NCBI GenBank assembly: GCA_051362555.1
Contig: CM120640.1
Location: 50,632,788 to 50,696,787, forward strand
Origin: Lingula anatina
Lineage: Eukaryota; Animalia; Brachiopoda
DNA: 64,000 nt
Reading direction: 5' to 3'
Shown piece by piece: positions 38,191 through 50,205 of the stretch (the stretch's first letter is position 1; the number at the start of each line of letters is the position of its first letter). The notes beneath the pieces are model-generated. The model saw nothing but the letters and a program-made list of their open reading frames with translations, did no database searches and had not been told where the DNA came from. Position numbers and translations under genes: made by a program.

Positions 38191-38840
38191 AGTTTTGAGG
38201 GGAGGTTAAGTAGGTTAATTAAAATAAATTAGTTAATCGTCATTCAGTTTAATATCAGACTATTAGTTTTTAATGTTGTTTTTCAATTAAATAAGTTTAG
38301 CTTATCAATTTCGTAGATGACATACATGAGCCACCAACAAACGGATATTAACGACAACACTATATTTACCACCCTCAATTTCGAAGTAACTATGGCAACT
38401 ACAACCCACTAACCGACTTACAACAGATCGGTCCCGTTTTTTAGACGCAAATGGAACGTGGTGTGATTTATAAGTGAGTCACCGTCTGAACTTTAAAATC
38501 TACGAGGTTTTGGTTGCTTTCTCCAAAAATGTACATAGTGACACTCTGGCTTCGTCAAAATTTAAGACTACAGGCAGTAGAAAAACAAGTTCCATATCTT
38601 CCACCACTTTCGACAGCCGTAATAAAGTCAGGTGCACAGCACTGTCTCACTTAAATAATGACTGATTATCTTCAAAGCCAGGTGCACCTCGCACGATTTT
38701 AATTAAAGCTTCAAGAATAATCGCCACTGACTATTTTGGTTGCTACAAAACCCCGTATCTAAAATCAATTTTTTTAAAACACTAACTGTCAAAATACCTT
38801 ATCAACATCAGGTAAACACCCTAAAATGTGTTACAACAAA

Positions 38841-39890
38841 TTATACATGGCTGTATGTGATACAAGCTATGTCATCCAGGCACTTCTCTTGGTTAGCTTT
38901 TTCCAATCCCTTCAGCCAATTCTGACATTTGACAACAATTTGTGGACTCGGTCCTACTTCTTCTTCGTCATCGTCATCTTTTTCTTTATCATTTTCCTCC
39001 TCCTCTGTCCCCCTTGTTTGTTGAGTCTGGCGGGGGCCATAGGAAGAATTCGATATAGTAGACACCTTGCTAGAGAAGTGGACTAGATCCGAAGAAGTAA
39101 CGTCAGTGGTGTGTGATTCATCTCTGTGTAAAGCCAATTCTTTGATATTGCTAGATACATCTATTTTATCGTGTGAATCTACACGTAAAACGTATCCCTT
39201 CCTTCTTGATAACGGTGGTGTTGCGAACGACGACTGCTGTTCCCGCAGTTTATACCTGGGCCTTGGGTAATACGTTGATGCATCAACAGTGTGAGCTCTG
39301 GATCTGAAAAATCCATCAGACTGAGTTTTAGAAAGCTCCGCATGACCTCTTAAGGACACTAATGAACCACTAGAGCCACGGATTTTTCGATCTGCTTGGG
39401 AAAATTTGTAGCTGTTATTCTGTCGATTGTTTTTTGCGTTGTGGGTAGCCGCCGCGCTCTTAGGGGGCGATGGAACAAAGTGTGTCTGCTCTGGCATTAC
39501 ATGGTCTAGACCGCTCTCTGATTTCCTAGGAACAAGTTTTCTATGTAATGACCTAGGTGAAATCTGCTCCTTGTCGTATATTAAAGTGTCATGTTCTCCC
39601 TGCTTGTTCAAATCTGGACAACTTGCGCTTTGATTAGAGACCAGAGATGGTCTTCGCTCCTTGTCCCGCCCTCTCCCGCTGAGGAGATCTAAGCGCACTA
39701 TTTCGTGTTCCACAGAGTGGTGTTTGGCAATATCAGGAAGAGCGGAGGGACTTGTCCTCGGATTTCCAACTGACAGTTTTTCCGGTGACTTTTTTCTAGA
39801 ATAATCTTTGAATTGAGTATTTGGTAAGTAGCTAATGACCACTTTGTTTAACCGAAGAGGAGGGCTCCCTGTTACTTTCATGTTGCTCAT
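38841..39890 (-). CDS. Uncharacterised 349-aa Ser/Arg/Lys-rich protein with acidic tract and C-terminal KCxxWLxGLE motif
   Basis: Long ATG-initiated ORF, GC-richer than flanks. Candidate 5'UTR intron 40912-40034 (GTGAGT...TTTCAG), a further donor at 41973, and AATAAA on the minus strand near 37970. Confidence 0.7.
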   Translation of the reverse strand: MSNMKVTGSPPLRLNKVVISYLPNTQFKDYSRKKSPEKLSVGNPRTSPSALPDIAKHHSVEHEIVRLDLLSGRGRDKERRPSLVSNQSASCPDLNKQGEHDTLIYDKEQISPRSLHRKLVPRKSESGLDHVMPEQTHFVPSPPKSAAATHNAKNNRQNNSYKFSQADRKIRGSSGSLVSLRGHAELSKTQSDGFFRSRAHTVDASTYYPRPRYKLREQQSSFATPPLSRRKGYVLRVDSHDKIDVSSNIKELALHRDESHTTDVTSSDLVHFSSKVSTISNSSYGPRQTQQTRGTEEEENDKEKDDDDEEEVGPSPQIVVKCQNWLKGLEKANQEKCLDDIACITYSHV

Positions 39891-42800
39891 GTTTTACGTT
39901 TCACCATCACGGTGGTGGGAGCTCTTCAGTAAGTCCTTATAGTGCAGTGGTCTCTTTATATTAACAGCCTCGTCCTTTGAAGATAACTTTCTGCGTTGTT
40001 TGCTACTCTACTTGTCAAATTCTGCGCCGGGCACTGAAACAGAGCAAATCTCTTAAAATGTATAAAAAACATGGATTCAATTTTTCCAAGTTGCATTCCA
40101 GTAGCCATAGGAACATGTCAACATATCTATATAAATACGTCTTTCACAGGGGACTCTCCTCTCTGACCTGAACTAAACGGGTCAGAAGTCAGGATTAGCT
40201 ATTTACATTACGCAGATTTTCTTTTCACTTTACCGCGCATTTGTTCGCGACTTTTTATTTGTTACACAGACTTGTTTTATGTGAAGGTTCTATGTTATGT
40301 TACATTGAAATGAATGCAAGGATTACAAGTTAAGATGGCGGTCGATATTTGTTTTCTACATGTGAACCGTTATCAGTATAAATGTATGCAAACATCCGAT
40401 TTTATACTAACATATTTACGAAGTTCATTTGGATGTAAAATCATGGTTTTACTAATAGGTTTATGTACATGTATGTTGTTGACACCGTTCATTTGATTCG
40501 AAAAATGCCCGATATACTTAATTAATCATCAGGCTTCTGCTTCAGCTATCAAATATTTTTCGAAAGACTAATGCCGTCGTATAAACTATAATTATTTGTG
40601 AATCTGGAAATTAAATTGATTTCCTTTCTGGTGAACTGGTTAACGTGGTGCACCCAATGCCCATGACGTAAATTACGATCAATTCCCAAAAGTGCAGCAC
40701 ATTTAATCCCTATTAAGTTGATTGCTGTGACATTTTAAGTGAAATGTGTTTGATAAGCATCTGATTATAGATTTTAACAACTAACTTTTTTAAAACAAGT
40801 TTGCACAGACACAAAATTGAAGACCTGCTGCCGTCCTACTTGGTTATGAGTATCACGCCCAATATTTAGAAAACTGCCGAGAAGAAAGTTCAGATGTTAC
40901 AAACAAACTCACCCTGTCCTGTCGTTCGTCAATCGGTTGTATCGTCTTTTGACAATCAAGTGCCTCGTCTGTATTTACTAGTTATGAGGTAACATGACAC
41001 GTCGTAGGCACCGTATTAATATATATTATCTTTCAATAGACGATGCTGATATTGAAAGTAGTTCATTAAAATCAATTTTTAATGTAAATAAACTTGTTTT
41101 ATTCGCCAAAAATTCTCTTAAACAGTAAGACCTTGGAAGAAAACCCCGATTTGAAAGGATACGTCCTCTGGGCGGCTTAAAAATAATCCATCAGTATCAA
41201 ATATCCTGTTTCTTTTAAATAATATGAATGGTTTGCGACATTTTATTCAATCAAAATTCCCTTTAACCAGGTGAGCCTATTGTACGTCTCGACCCCCTTC
41301 GCTGTTTAGGGTCGTTGAAACTGGTTTGTTGCTGCCTATATCCCTTTCTCTCTGGGCCCATTCAGGGTTATACTGATCGGTGTATGAGCACGTATTCGTA
41401 CGTACATATAGAAAATAGGAGACTTGTTTTTACAGAGGAATGAGTAGAAATTACTCTCCTGCTCTGTTTTGACGTTGCACATGTATTTCGTTGACAGACA
41501 TGAAATGGTGCCAAGCGAGAAATGATAAACGTGCATTAAAAATGGCCTGAGAAAGCGACACTGTAAGAAAAAATAATAATGCGGAGAAAGGAAAAAAGTG
41601 AATCCACGAGCAGTACAGTTTTAACTCTGTTTTGAAACTTTAATCGGTGTCAGTCACACGTGCACGTCAGCTTTTCTGTCCAAAGTTTAACGGTAGTGTA
41701 TGATGTCAAATAGCGAACGTAACTGAATTAGTTTACCCAAACAGAAACATTTCATATCGATGATAAGTGTGAAAAAGTGCTGGGTCGACCGAAATTCCAA
41801 TACATCTTATTTCCAGTAGTGTCTATTAACACAATATTTTTACTCTATATCTTTCTCGGTTAAAATTTATAAAAAATATGTAGTTTTTATAATGTATAAA
41901 AATTGTAACTGCAGCAGGAACATACATTATTATCGACCGTTATTTTACTGAATATCATATGAGAAACACTTACCTGGGCTTCCCTTTCCTTGTTTTCTCC
42001 GCACAACGTCTTAGTAGAGTGACTTGAGAATAATAAGATCAACTCTTATTTAGTAAGAAAGGTCAAGGGCTTGTTGCACTAATAAATTCCATTAAAATGT
42101 ATGACCAGGGCTTCCTATTGTACGGCACTCCTATTCTCCCGCATACTGTTCAATGTAAAAAATTCCTTTTTGTCCGGTGTCTTTACGTTGCAACGGTGTT
42201 CCATTTTTCTTAAAATGTCTGCATTACTAGATTTCCTTTGTGTCGTGAATCAATTTACATAATCAGCATACTGAATCCATGTAAAGGAAAGTGTTTGCTT
42301 CTTACTTTCATGTAACTGAAGGGACTTCAGCATTCAAAGCGGACGCTGAAGTGTTACTTAGCCATGTGGATGATACTAATCCCTGAAAGAACGCACGTGG
42401 ATTTAGAGGCCTAATTTTTCATGTAGCTGTTTCTCTCGTGGATACTAACTCCGATAAGTTGTTATCAATAAAAAAAACACTCGATACCTGTCCATTTGAT
42501 AAATATTACCTTGACAGGACAAATATATCTACGTGTTTTTTTTCTTTTTCACTTTGCAGTAGGGCCTACATTGACTTTTGAATCATACGAGACAAACACT
42601 GATTGCCATGGTACACACAATGCTGCATGAACCATATATATTTATATATATATATATACAGCCGATTACACTTATTTTACATGGGCGACCAACAACGAGC
42701 TTTGAACAGATTTGTGACGTAGCGGCCTGTCGATGAACGTAACATTCATACATAAACCATTGGACTTAATGGTTTCAAAGGTAGAATTAAGATTGTCGTT

Positions 42801-43703
42801 TTATTGTATTGGTTTAAGCTAGTTCGCAAATAATATTTTGCCTTGGCACACAAATACGCCCTTGAGTTTTGAATTAGCTCTCACAAAACAACCACGCGCA
42901 TCTATTTAGTAACGTAACCTGAACTGGTGACAACATCGGCAGTATGGTTATTCATCACTTACTGTGCACGTGTTTAAATTACGAGGTGAGAAAGAGATGT
43001 GCAGTATTCGCTTCCTGCAATATCGAGTATGTGGTTTAGGGTTAAGGCTGTCAAAATAGGTGGCACAAACCCACGCACGTACGGAATCGGTTATCCGTAT
43101 ATTGGTTGAACAGCAATCCCATTATTGAATTAATCGAAATAGTCATAAAGACGTTAAAGATCATTTAATTAATCTTCTCTGTCAACCACTGACTGACAAA
43201 GCAGAGCGTTTCCTTCCGTAATATGGAAACCTGTTTTTCATCTAAAAAGATTGTATTGCGCCATGGAAACCGATAGAGTTATTGGATAATATACTGTATT
43301 GTGTCATTTAATTTCAGTGCGGATGGCGGTAATGGCATTGTTGAAAAACATTTTGATATTCTAAAACAGCCTTTTAACGTAACTTCATGTGGCTGTATTT
43401 TTTACTTATGAAATTATATCAAGCGATGCATACAACAAAAGCTCAACTGAGGAAATCTTCCCTTGTTTTTTAGACCAACTCTCAGGAAATGCTGGTGAGA
43501 GATCTCGCGTTGCGACCAAACAGCTATCAATTTCACAAGATGAAGCCTATTGCACCTTTACTGTAATGTTTTTGGAGAGTTCAAGCATTCGTTTCTATTT
43601 GAGTTGATTTACAGCAACATAACAACGGTACTATATTTCATTGCTCCCTTCTATCTAGCTTGAGCAGTTTTTTCCTTGTTTTGTATCAATTTTTCATCAA
43701 TTA

Positions 43704-44828
43704 TTAACTTTGCTCCATAAGCCATTTACGTGTACGGAGTTCAGCATCGGAAAGATCATTGTCTCCTTCCTTCAAAATTTGCTCTCGTGGTTGTTGTATG
43801 TTAGCGATATGAAATTGCGTTCGCGGAGTCTCTAACGCAATTGTGTCATCTGCATTTTCTTTTCCTTTGTCGTCGCTATACTGCACGTGATTAATAGTGA
43901 ACTTTTTCGTCGAAATGCCAATGGGACGTCCGAATGTTTCGAAACGTAAATCAGGATTCTCATAACCATTTCTGTTGTTGATCGCCGAGGCTGTTTTTCG
44001 CTGTTGTGATTGCCCTAGGAATTTTTCATCAAAGCCTGTGGATTTATTTCTTGTCACCGGAGGTCTGTGTATGGCTATCTCCGGCATACTTCGACCCCAG
44101 TGCAGCGGGGGACCTGGTTTGTAAGTGGGATTTATTAGTTTACCATGGTCAGATATTTTTCTTTCTTTCTGTGTGTTTTCCTGTAGGGTCAGAACAATGT
44201 TTGGGTATCCCTTAGAGACCCTTTTCACAAGAAAACTAATTTTTGTGTTATTTTTGCCTCCCTCTTTCTCCGACATCATGGCCTGTTGCAGTTGTCGCAG
44301 TGTCACTTTCTCCAGACAGTTCACATTTTGTGTCAACCCCTCACGTGTCCAGGCGTTGGCTTTCATAGGGTGAGGCGTTATGTCTAACATTTTTCCTGAA
44401 TCATTTTCCTCTCTCTTCGACACAAGAGCATCATTCCTGTAGTCTTCCTTGCGTATCCTTTTTTCCAGTTGCCGCAAATCTACGTCTTTTCTATTGGGAC
44501 ATCTCGCTGTGGTCTTCAAGTCTTGCACCTTATAAATGTTCTGAAGATGCTCAGCGTGGCTTTTTGTTTCACTGGAATACCGTGAACACGGGGCTGTGAT
44601 TTTTTGCCGGAGTGAAGACTGCAGTGATTCCCTCGCTAGCAAGAGTCTACTCTTTCGGGGTGGTCTAACAAGTCTTAAGACGCTACTTGAAGTATCGCTG
44701 AATATAGAGTAGTTTCTGCTCATTTCGCTTCCTTGCGCATTTGTCTGATTGGCCGCCGCTTGCCTCAGCAAAATTGTCAGAGTGGCGCCCAGCGTGGACG
44801 TGAAATCCTCATCGTTGTGGAAAGCCAT
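43704..44828 (-). CDS. Uncharacterised 374-aa basic, likely disordered protein
   Basis: Long ATG-initiated uninterrupted ORF in AT-rich DNA; no recognisable domain. Confidence 0.65.
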   Translation of the reverse strand: MAFHNDEDFTSTLGATLTILLRQAAANQTNAQGSEMSRNYSIFSDTSSSVLRLVRPPRKSRLLLARESLQSSLRQKITAPCSRYSSETKSHAEHLQNIYKVQDLKTTARCPNRKDVDLRQLEKRIRKEDYRNDALVSKREENDSGKMLDITPHPMKANAWTREGLTQNVNCLEKVTLRQLQQAMMSEKEGGKNNTKISFLVKRVSKGYPNIVLTLQENTQKERKISDHGKLINPTYKPGPPLHWGRSMPEIAIHRPPVTRNKSTGFDEKFLGQSQQRKTASAINNRNGYENPDLRFETFGRPIGISTKKFTINHVQYSDDKGKENADDTIALETPRTQFHIANIQQPREQILKEGDNDLSDAELRTRKWLMEQS

Positions 44829-45487
44829 AAATATATATTATAAGGTCAGTGGAGAATGACCAACATGTGTCCACGCATAAATTACACGCACCTAAATATC
44901 TGCTTTCTCGATATTCAAGAAATTCCTTGGCCATGTGGCGAAATACATCGTTTGGTTTGTCCTAATTTTGAAACTGTGGAAAACAATAATAGTCAAATTC
45001 AAAGGAAAGGAAATCAACAGCACTCCTGTAATGCACTGAGAATTCTAAATCCTGTTAATCCTCTATTACGTGAGGTCTCGTCAAGTGTCTAGCGACAATT
45101 TGTAATTGTAAACAGAACTTTTGTAAGAAATTAGCGATATATTTACACGCAGAGTAGATATCCTTTCATACGAGTCGTTTTACATTGTATGTCATCAATG
45201 AAGAGCTATTGCCGTCGCTATGGTCCACTCGCTATCAGCGTATTACCACAGCAACAAGTCTGATAAACGAGAAATTAAACATTGTTGCGTTCAACTATTC
45301 TTAACGAATTGGCTTTAGATCGTTTCATCAACCAAGGGCAACGTTCACCCAGGTTAAAACATTCTAAAATACATGTAAATGTGACTGCTCGATGACAATC
45401 AAAAGAAATATAGGGCCTATTAGAAGTAATAGCACTGCTATGTAACTTTTCAACAGTTTTTTTCCGAAAAAATATGCTCATAATATA

Positions 45488-47152
45488 CAGCATTGGTCAA
45501 AAAGGTTGTCCCAGCCCCATTTCCATGTACTTTTATTTACAAATGATCTCCTCACAGCTGTAAATTGTTAGAAATTGTGCTTTTTATTACAGATATCGTG
45601 TCTAACATGATAAATGGTTAAAAAAAATACAAACTAGTGGTGAAAATATACACATTTTATACCATTTAGTATAATTTATAAGAGGTACCCCCTCAAATCC
45701 ACTGTTTCACTGTGACTTCTACAGATGTAAAGAAATGTCTATAAAATTAAAAAGACGTCAACAAATGTCACCAGATTCACACACAATTAGCATTAGGGTG
45801 TGCTCGTTAAAGATCACGTGCCTAACAGCGTGTGCGTCAACCGCGTACTGCAATTATCTCCTGTAGACGGCGCGACAAGCCTTCAACACGGGCAGCAATT
45901 CTGTTTTGTGGGATATTGTCCCAAATTTCTTCAACAAGTTGGGGGAGTTGGTCCACGTTTTTATGGGGTTGGTTCTCCTTTGCATTGCACACTCCATTTC
46001 ATGTCACAGTTGATTAGTAAGTTTAATATCAGGGCCCAAAGATGGTGGCTCCATCCTTAGAGCATTGTGTTTCTTCAACAAACACTTGCCAGGCGAGAGG
46101 TGGGAGCAAGTGTGCAGTCATGATAAAGCCTAGAGATAACCCCAAAGTCAGTTCTTGAATATGGAATGAGATATCAGCTGAGAATGCTACGTTCAGTGAT
46201 CCCACAGGCACCTGAACCTGGCCATCCATCACTGGAAGGAAGTCGATTTTGATGCAGAATCAACTTATTTCATGTATCCCACCGATTGTCAAAGAGGGTC
46301 CATAGACATGTTAAAAAATGCCTCTTGGAAGGGTGTGTGTAGGATAATATCGCCTGAATTGTTAGATCAGTCCGCATTTGGAGAACATTCCAAACCCATG
46401 GTATTAGTACATTGTTCCTTTTGGAACAAAACGTAACAGGGGCATTTTAAGGTAACATTCTTAACAGATATCTCACTCCATTTGCAAGAGATGACTTCAG
46501 AGATGCAACTGGCTTCATTGTGACAACGCCCTTGCTCACAGCTCTCGTCTGGCAAACGATTTGTTGCAGAAACACAGGGCTCTGAGGATGGGACAACCGT
46601 CTTTGAGTCCTGATATTAATCCTACTAAGCACCTGTGGCATAAATTGGAATGTGCATTGTAAAGGGGAACCAATTCCTAAATAATCTTGACCAATTCCCC
46701 CACGCTCTTCAGGATGAATGGGACAATATCCCACATAACAGAATTGTTACCCACGTTGAAGGCTTGTCTTGCCGTCTATAGGAGATAATTGCAATACACA
46801 GTAGACGCACACGCTATTAGGCACGTGATCTTTAACGAGCACACCCTAATGCTAATTGTGTGTGAATTTGGTGACATTTGATGGCGTCTTTTCAATTTTA
46901 TAGACATTTCTTTACATCTGTAGATGTCACAGTGAAACAGTGGATTTGAGGGGGTACCTCTTATAAATTTTATTAAATGGTATAAAATGTGTATATTTTC
47001 ACCACTTGTTTGTATTTTTTAACCATTAATCATGTTAGACACGGTTTCTTTAATAAAAAGCACTATTTCTAACAATTTACGGCTGTGAGGTGATCATTTG
47101 TAAATAAAAGTACATGGAAATGGGGGTGGGACAGCCTTTTTGACCAATGCTG
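45488..47152. mobile_element. Non-autonomous Tc1/mariner derivative with very long inverted arms
   Basis: TA flanks (45486-45487, 47153-47154); CAGCATTGGTCAAAAAGG termini; ~345-bp highly similar outer arms. Decayed transposase C-terminus DNALAH...SPDINPTKHLW on + (~46520-46640) with a homologous copy on - (~45890-46130). Confidence 0.85.
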
Positions 47153-48004
47153 TACATTAACTAATATTTATTTTGGAGAGAACGGAGAAGTATTAGTCAG
47201 TCATTGAGATGTCTGATATTCCCTAGAAACGTTGATCTTTTTTTCATTAACGTATGTACTTTCCGCGTTACAATTAAGACGCCATCTATTAATAACGGAT
47301 GTTATTTCTAAATAATAGATGAGTGCGGGGATACTGACGGTTTATGGATAAATGATCGTTGTAGATGGCTGATTATATTTATACTTCGTATCACTTTAGG
47401 CCATGTGGCAAACAGTTGCAATTGTGCCTGTTCGTTATTTTAAAGTCCTGGTGCTGAACATGAGGTCTAACAAACCACTCACCAACCACGGTTCTTTCGA
47501 CCCGCAAACTTCAAAATGCTAGTAATAGGTATGCAGCAAGACGCCTACAAGTATTTTTTGTATTGTCACTGAGTGCAAATGATATTTCTGCCAGTAAAAC
47601 TAAAGTCAATTCATTTAATTGTTTATAAAACATTTTACATCCTTTTGCAAAATCAATATAGGATGTCAATAAAATTGGAACATTCCGGATAAAAACCCAT
47701 GAACTTGACGTTTCTATTAAAGCTAACATACAGTACGTAGATCGTGGGGAGAAGAATGTAACCTTGCATTGCACGGGAAATGGTAATGGTAATGATCTTC
47801 AAGTGCGTCGTAGCAGGGTGACCGTTGACATTAAACATAAATCTTTGTACAGAAAACACGAAACAGCAAACAAACGCAAGCCTTGTTCTCAATCTCAATT
47901 GATTGTCCTTTTAATAATCTCATCCATTCCCATTTACAAGTACAGACATAAAAAGAAGAGCGTCCTCGCGTTGCAACCAAACCTACAATCAATTTACCCC
48001 TGTG

Positions 48005-48955
48005 ATGAACAACAGTACGGCGCGAGGAAGCAGTGGACTGAATATGCACTTTTTTATATTCGGCGGCATTTTCCCTGGGATTATTTCCATCGTGGGGTTG
48101 TTTTGCAATACACTTTCTTTTGCAGTATTTAACAAGATGAGGCCAGTTACAACATTTGTGTTTCTTCTGCAGGTGTTGGCATTGTGCGATAACTTGATTT
48201 TGCTAGAAATGTTGATATCCTTCGTGCTGCCGGCAGTGTATCCGTATACAAGATGGTTTTCGATATTTGTTCAGATGCAGGAGACTTTCAGTGCACATTT
48301 TTCGGCTATACATTACATTCTTGTATTTATGGATACGTCAATAATTATTTTGGTAGCTCTAGACCGATATCTCTCGACGCACAGGCCGCTGAAACGACAA
48401 CTGACCGTGAAAACGTGTAGCATTTGGCTCCTTGCGTCGGCAGTGTTTGCGATAATGTTTAATGTTCCGAAGTTCAGTTTTGACCATACGTCTTTTCAAC
48501 CGTGTAACAACTCGACGCTTGATTACTGTTATGTTTTTGGGAAGACCAAACTGTCATTTCTATTTGAATTGCTTTACAGTAACATATTTTCAACGATATT
48601 ATATTTCATTGTTCCCATTGTGTTGCTGGTATTTATCAATGTTCGATTAATCCAAACGTTGAGAAAGCGACAGTCCAGAGCTAAGACAGGCAAAAGAACG
48701 AGAGAATTTATCATCATTGTCATATTCATGGTGGGATTGTTCATGCTCGGCTCCTTGCCCGTATGCCTCATGCAGGTGGCATATCTTTTTGGCGATGGGA
48801 TTTCAGACACTTTGCATTCTTCAGATGTACAGTATTCCGTGCCCATAATGGCGATAATTACTCATTGTAACTACGCAGCGAATTTTTTTATCTACGGCCT
48901 GTTTGGAAGTGTGTTTAGAGCGCAGCTGGCTGTTTTATTTCGGTGTCGCAAATAA
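48005..48955 (+). CDS. Intronless rhodopsin-class (class A) GPCR, FMRFamide/peptide-receptor-like, 316 aa
   Basis: Seven hydrophobic segments; N-terminal NxS sequon; GLFCN (TM1), LALCD (TM2), ALDRY (TM3), FNVP (TM4), FIVP (TM5), NYAANFFIY (TM7), helix-8 FR. Confidence 0.9.
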   Translation: MNNSTARGSSGLNMHFFIFGGIFPGIISIVGLFCNTLSFAVFNKMRPVTTFVFLLQVLALCDNLILLEMLISFVLPAVYPYTRWFSIFVQMQETFSAHFSAIHYILVFMDTSIIILVALDRYLSTHRPLKRQLTVKTCSIWLLASAVFAIMFNVPKFSFDHTSFQPCNNSTLDYCYVFGKTKLSFLFELLYSNIFSTILYFIVPIVLLVFINVRLIQTLRKRQSRAKTGKRTREFIIIVIFMVGLFMLGSLPVCLMQVAYLFGDGISDTLHSSDVQYSVPIMAIITHCNYAANFFIYGLFGSVFRAQLAVLFRCRK

Positions 48956-50205
48956 AACTGATACCTGGAGACTCGCCGGTAGTGAGACAGAAGGATATAT
49001 CCCACCAGTGGCAAGCCTTGAACTGGAAGTAAGCGGTTTCAGCAGAACACATTTTATGTTATACCATCTCGAATTATAACTCTCATCAAACTGTGCACAC
49101 TGAGAACATTTACGTTTAAGCAGGGTTTTACGTTAATAGGTTTATGTTGAAATAGTTCAATATGAGAACAAGCAAATTAAGATAATTTACAGTAATTTAA
49201 AAGGTGACAAATTCTTGAATATGAGCAGCTAAGGGGTGATTAACTATCGTCTGTTGATTAAACTACTTCAGCTGATTGCACTTTAAAGTAACCCGCAGAG
49301 TTGGATCGACCGAGCATGTACGATGTGCGAATCTGAATGCGCAGTTATTCTACCACTTTTGAGTGAATGTCATCGATACTGTTCTTATAATTGGGTAGAA
49401 TTGATCTTTTGTAACGCACAACTATTATCAAAAATAGTCGATTTCACCTTCTCTAAACATAACATAATGTATTGGAAATCAATCAATTTGAACGGTATAG
49501 AACACTGATATAGAAAGTCAATAAAAACGTCATCCGTAGCAACTAGGAAACATTTGGTTGTCAACTGCTATTGCTTCCATCGATCGAAACAATATTCTGG
49601 TTTGTAGTTTAAAGTAAGCAAGCATTTAACATCAATACATGTGAAACTCACTACAACGTTACAAAAAGGAAAAATATCTAACAACAATAAGGCATTTAAA
49701 AGCATTTTATTTGTCAGTAGGAAGCTTCAATCGGAGCTATTGTTGAATGGCATTCAATTTTTCTATGAAAGGAAGCAACATATTTAGAATGTTTTTTTTA
49801 ACATTTCGGTAATGTCTTATATATAGAAACTTGTAAATCTTAAAATGTTATATATTACCCGACTGAACTATTCTATTTAGTACACTTGTATAAGATATTT
49901 GTCAAATATACAAGTAGGTTTTTTATTCTATTTCTAAATTTCTAAAATAAAACTAACAAAATTAGGGCAAGTAAGTTTAATTTCTATTATTACGTCCATG
50001 CATTTCATTTTTCTTGAAAAATATTAATAAACAGGTTGTAAAAATCCTGTGAAATACTGTCTCTTGTATATTATATGGCACATATTTTTAGAAAGAAAGT
50101 GAATTTATCCTTGGCTGCTGTAAGCATGGCACGCAGGAATAATTTTCACCTGAACCACAAATAATAATGACAATAATAATAATGAAAGAAAGAAAAAAGA
50201 AAAGA

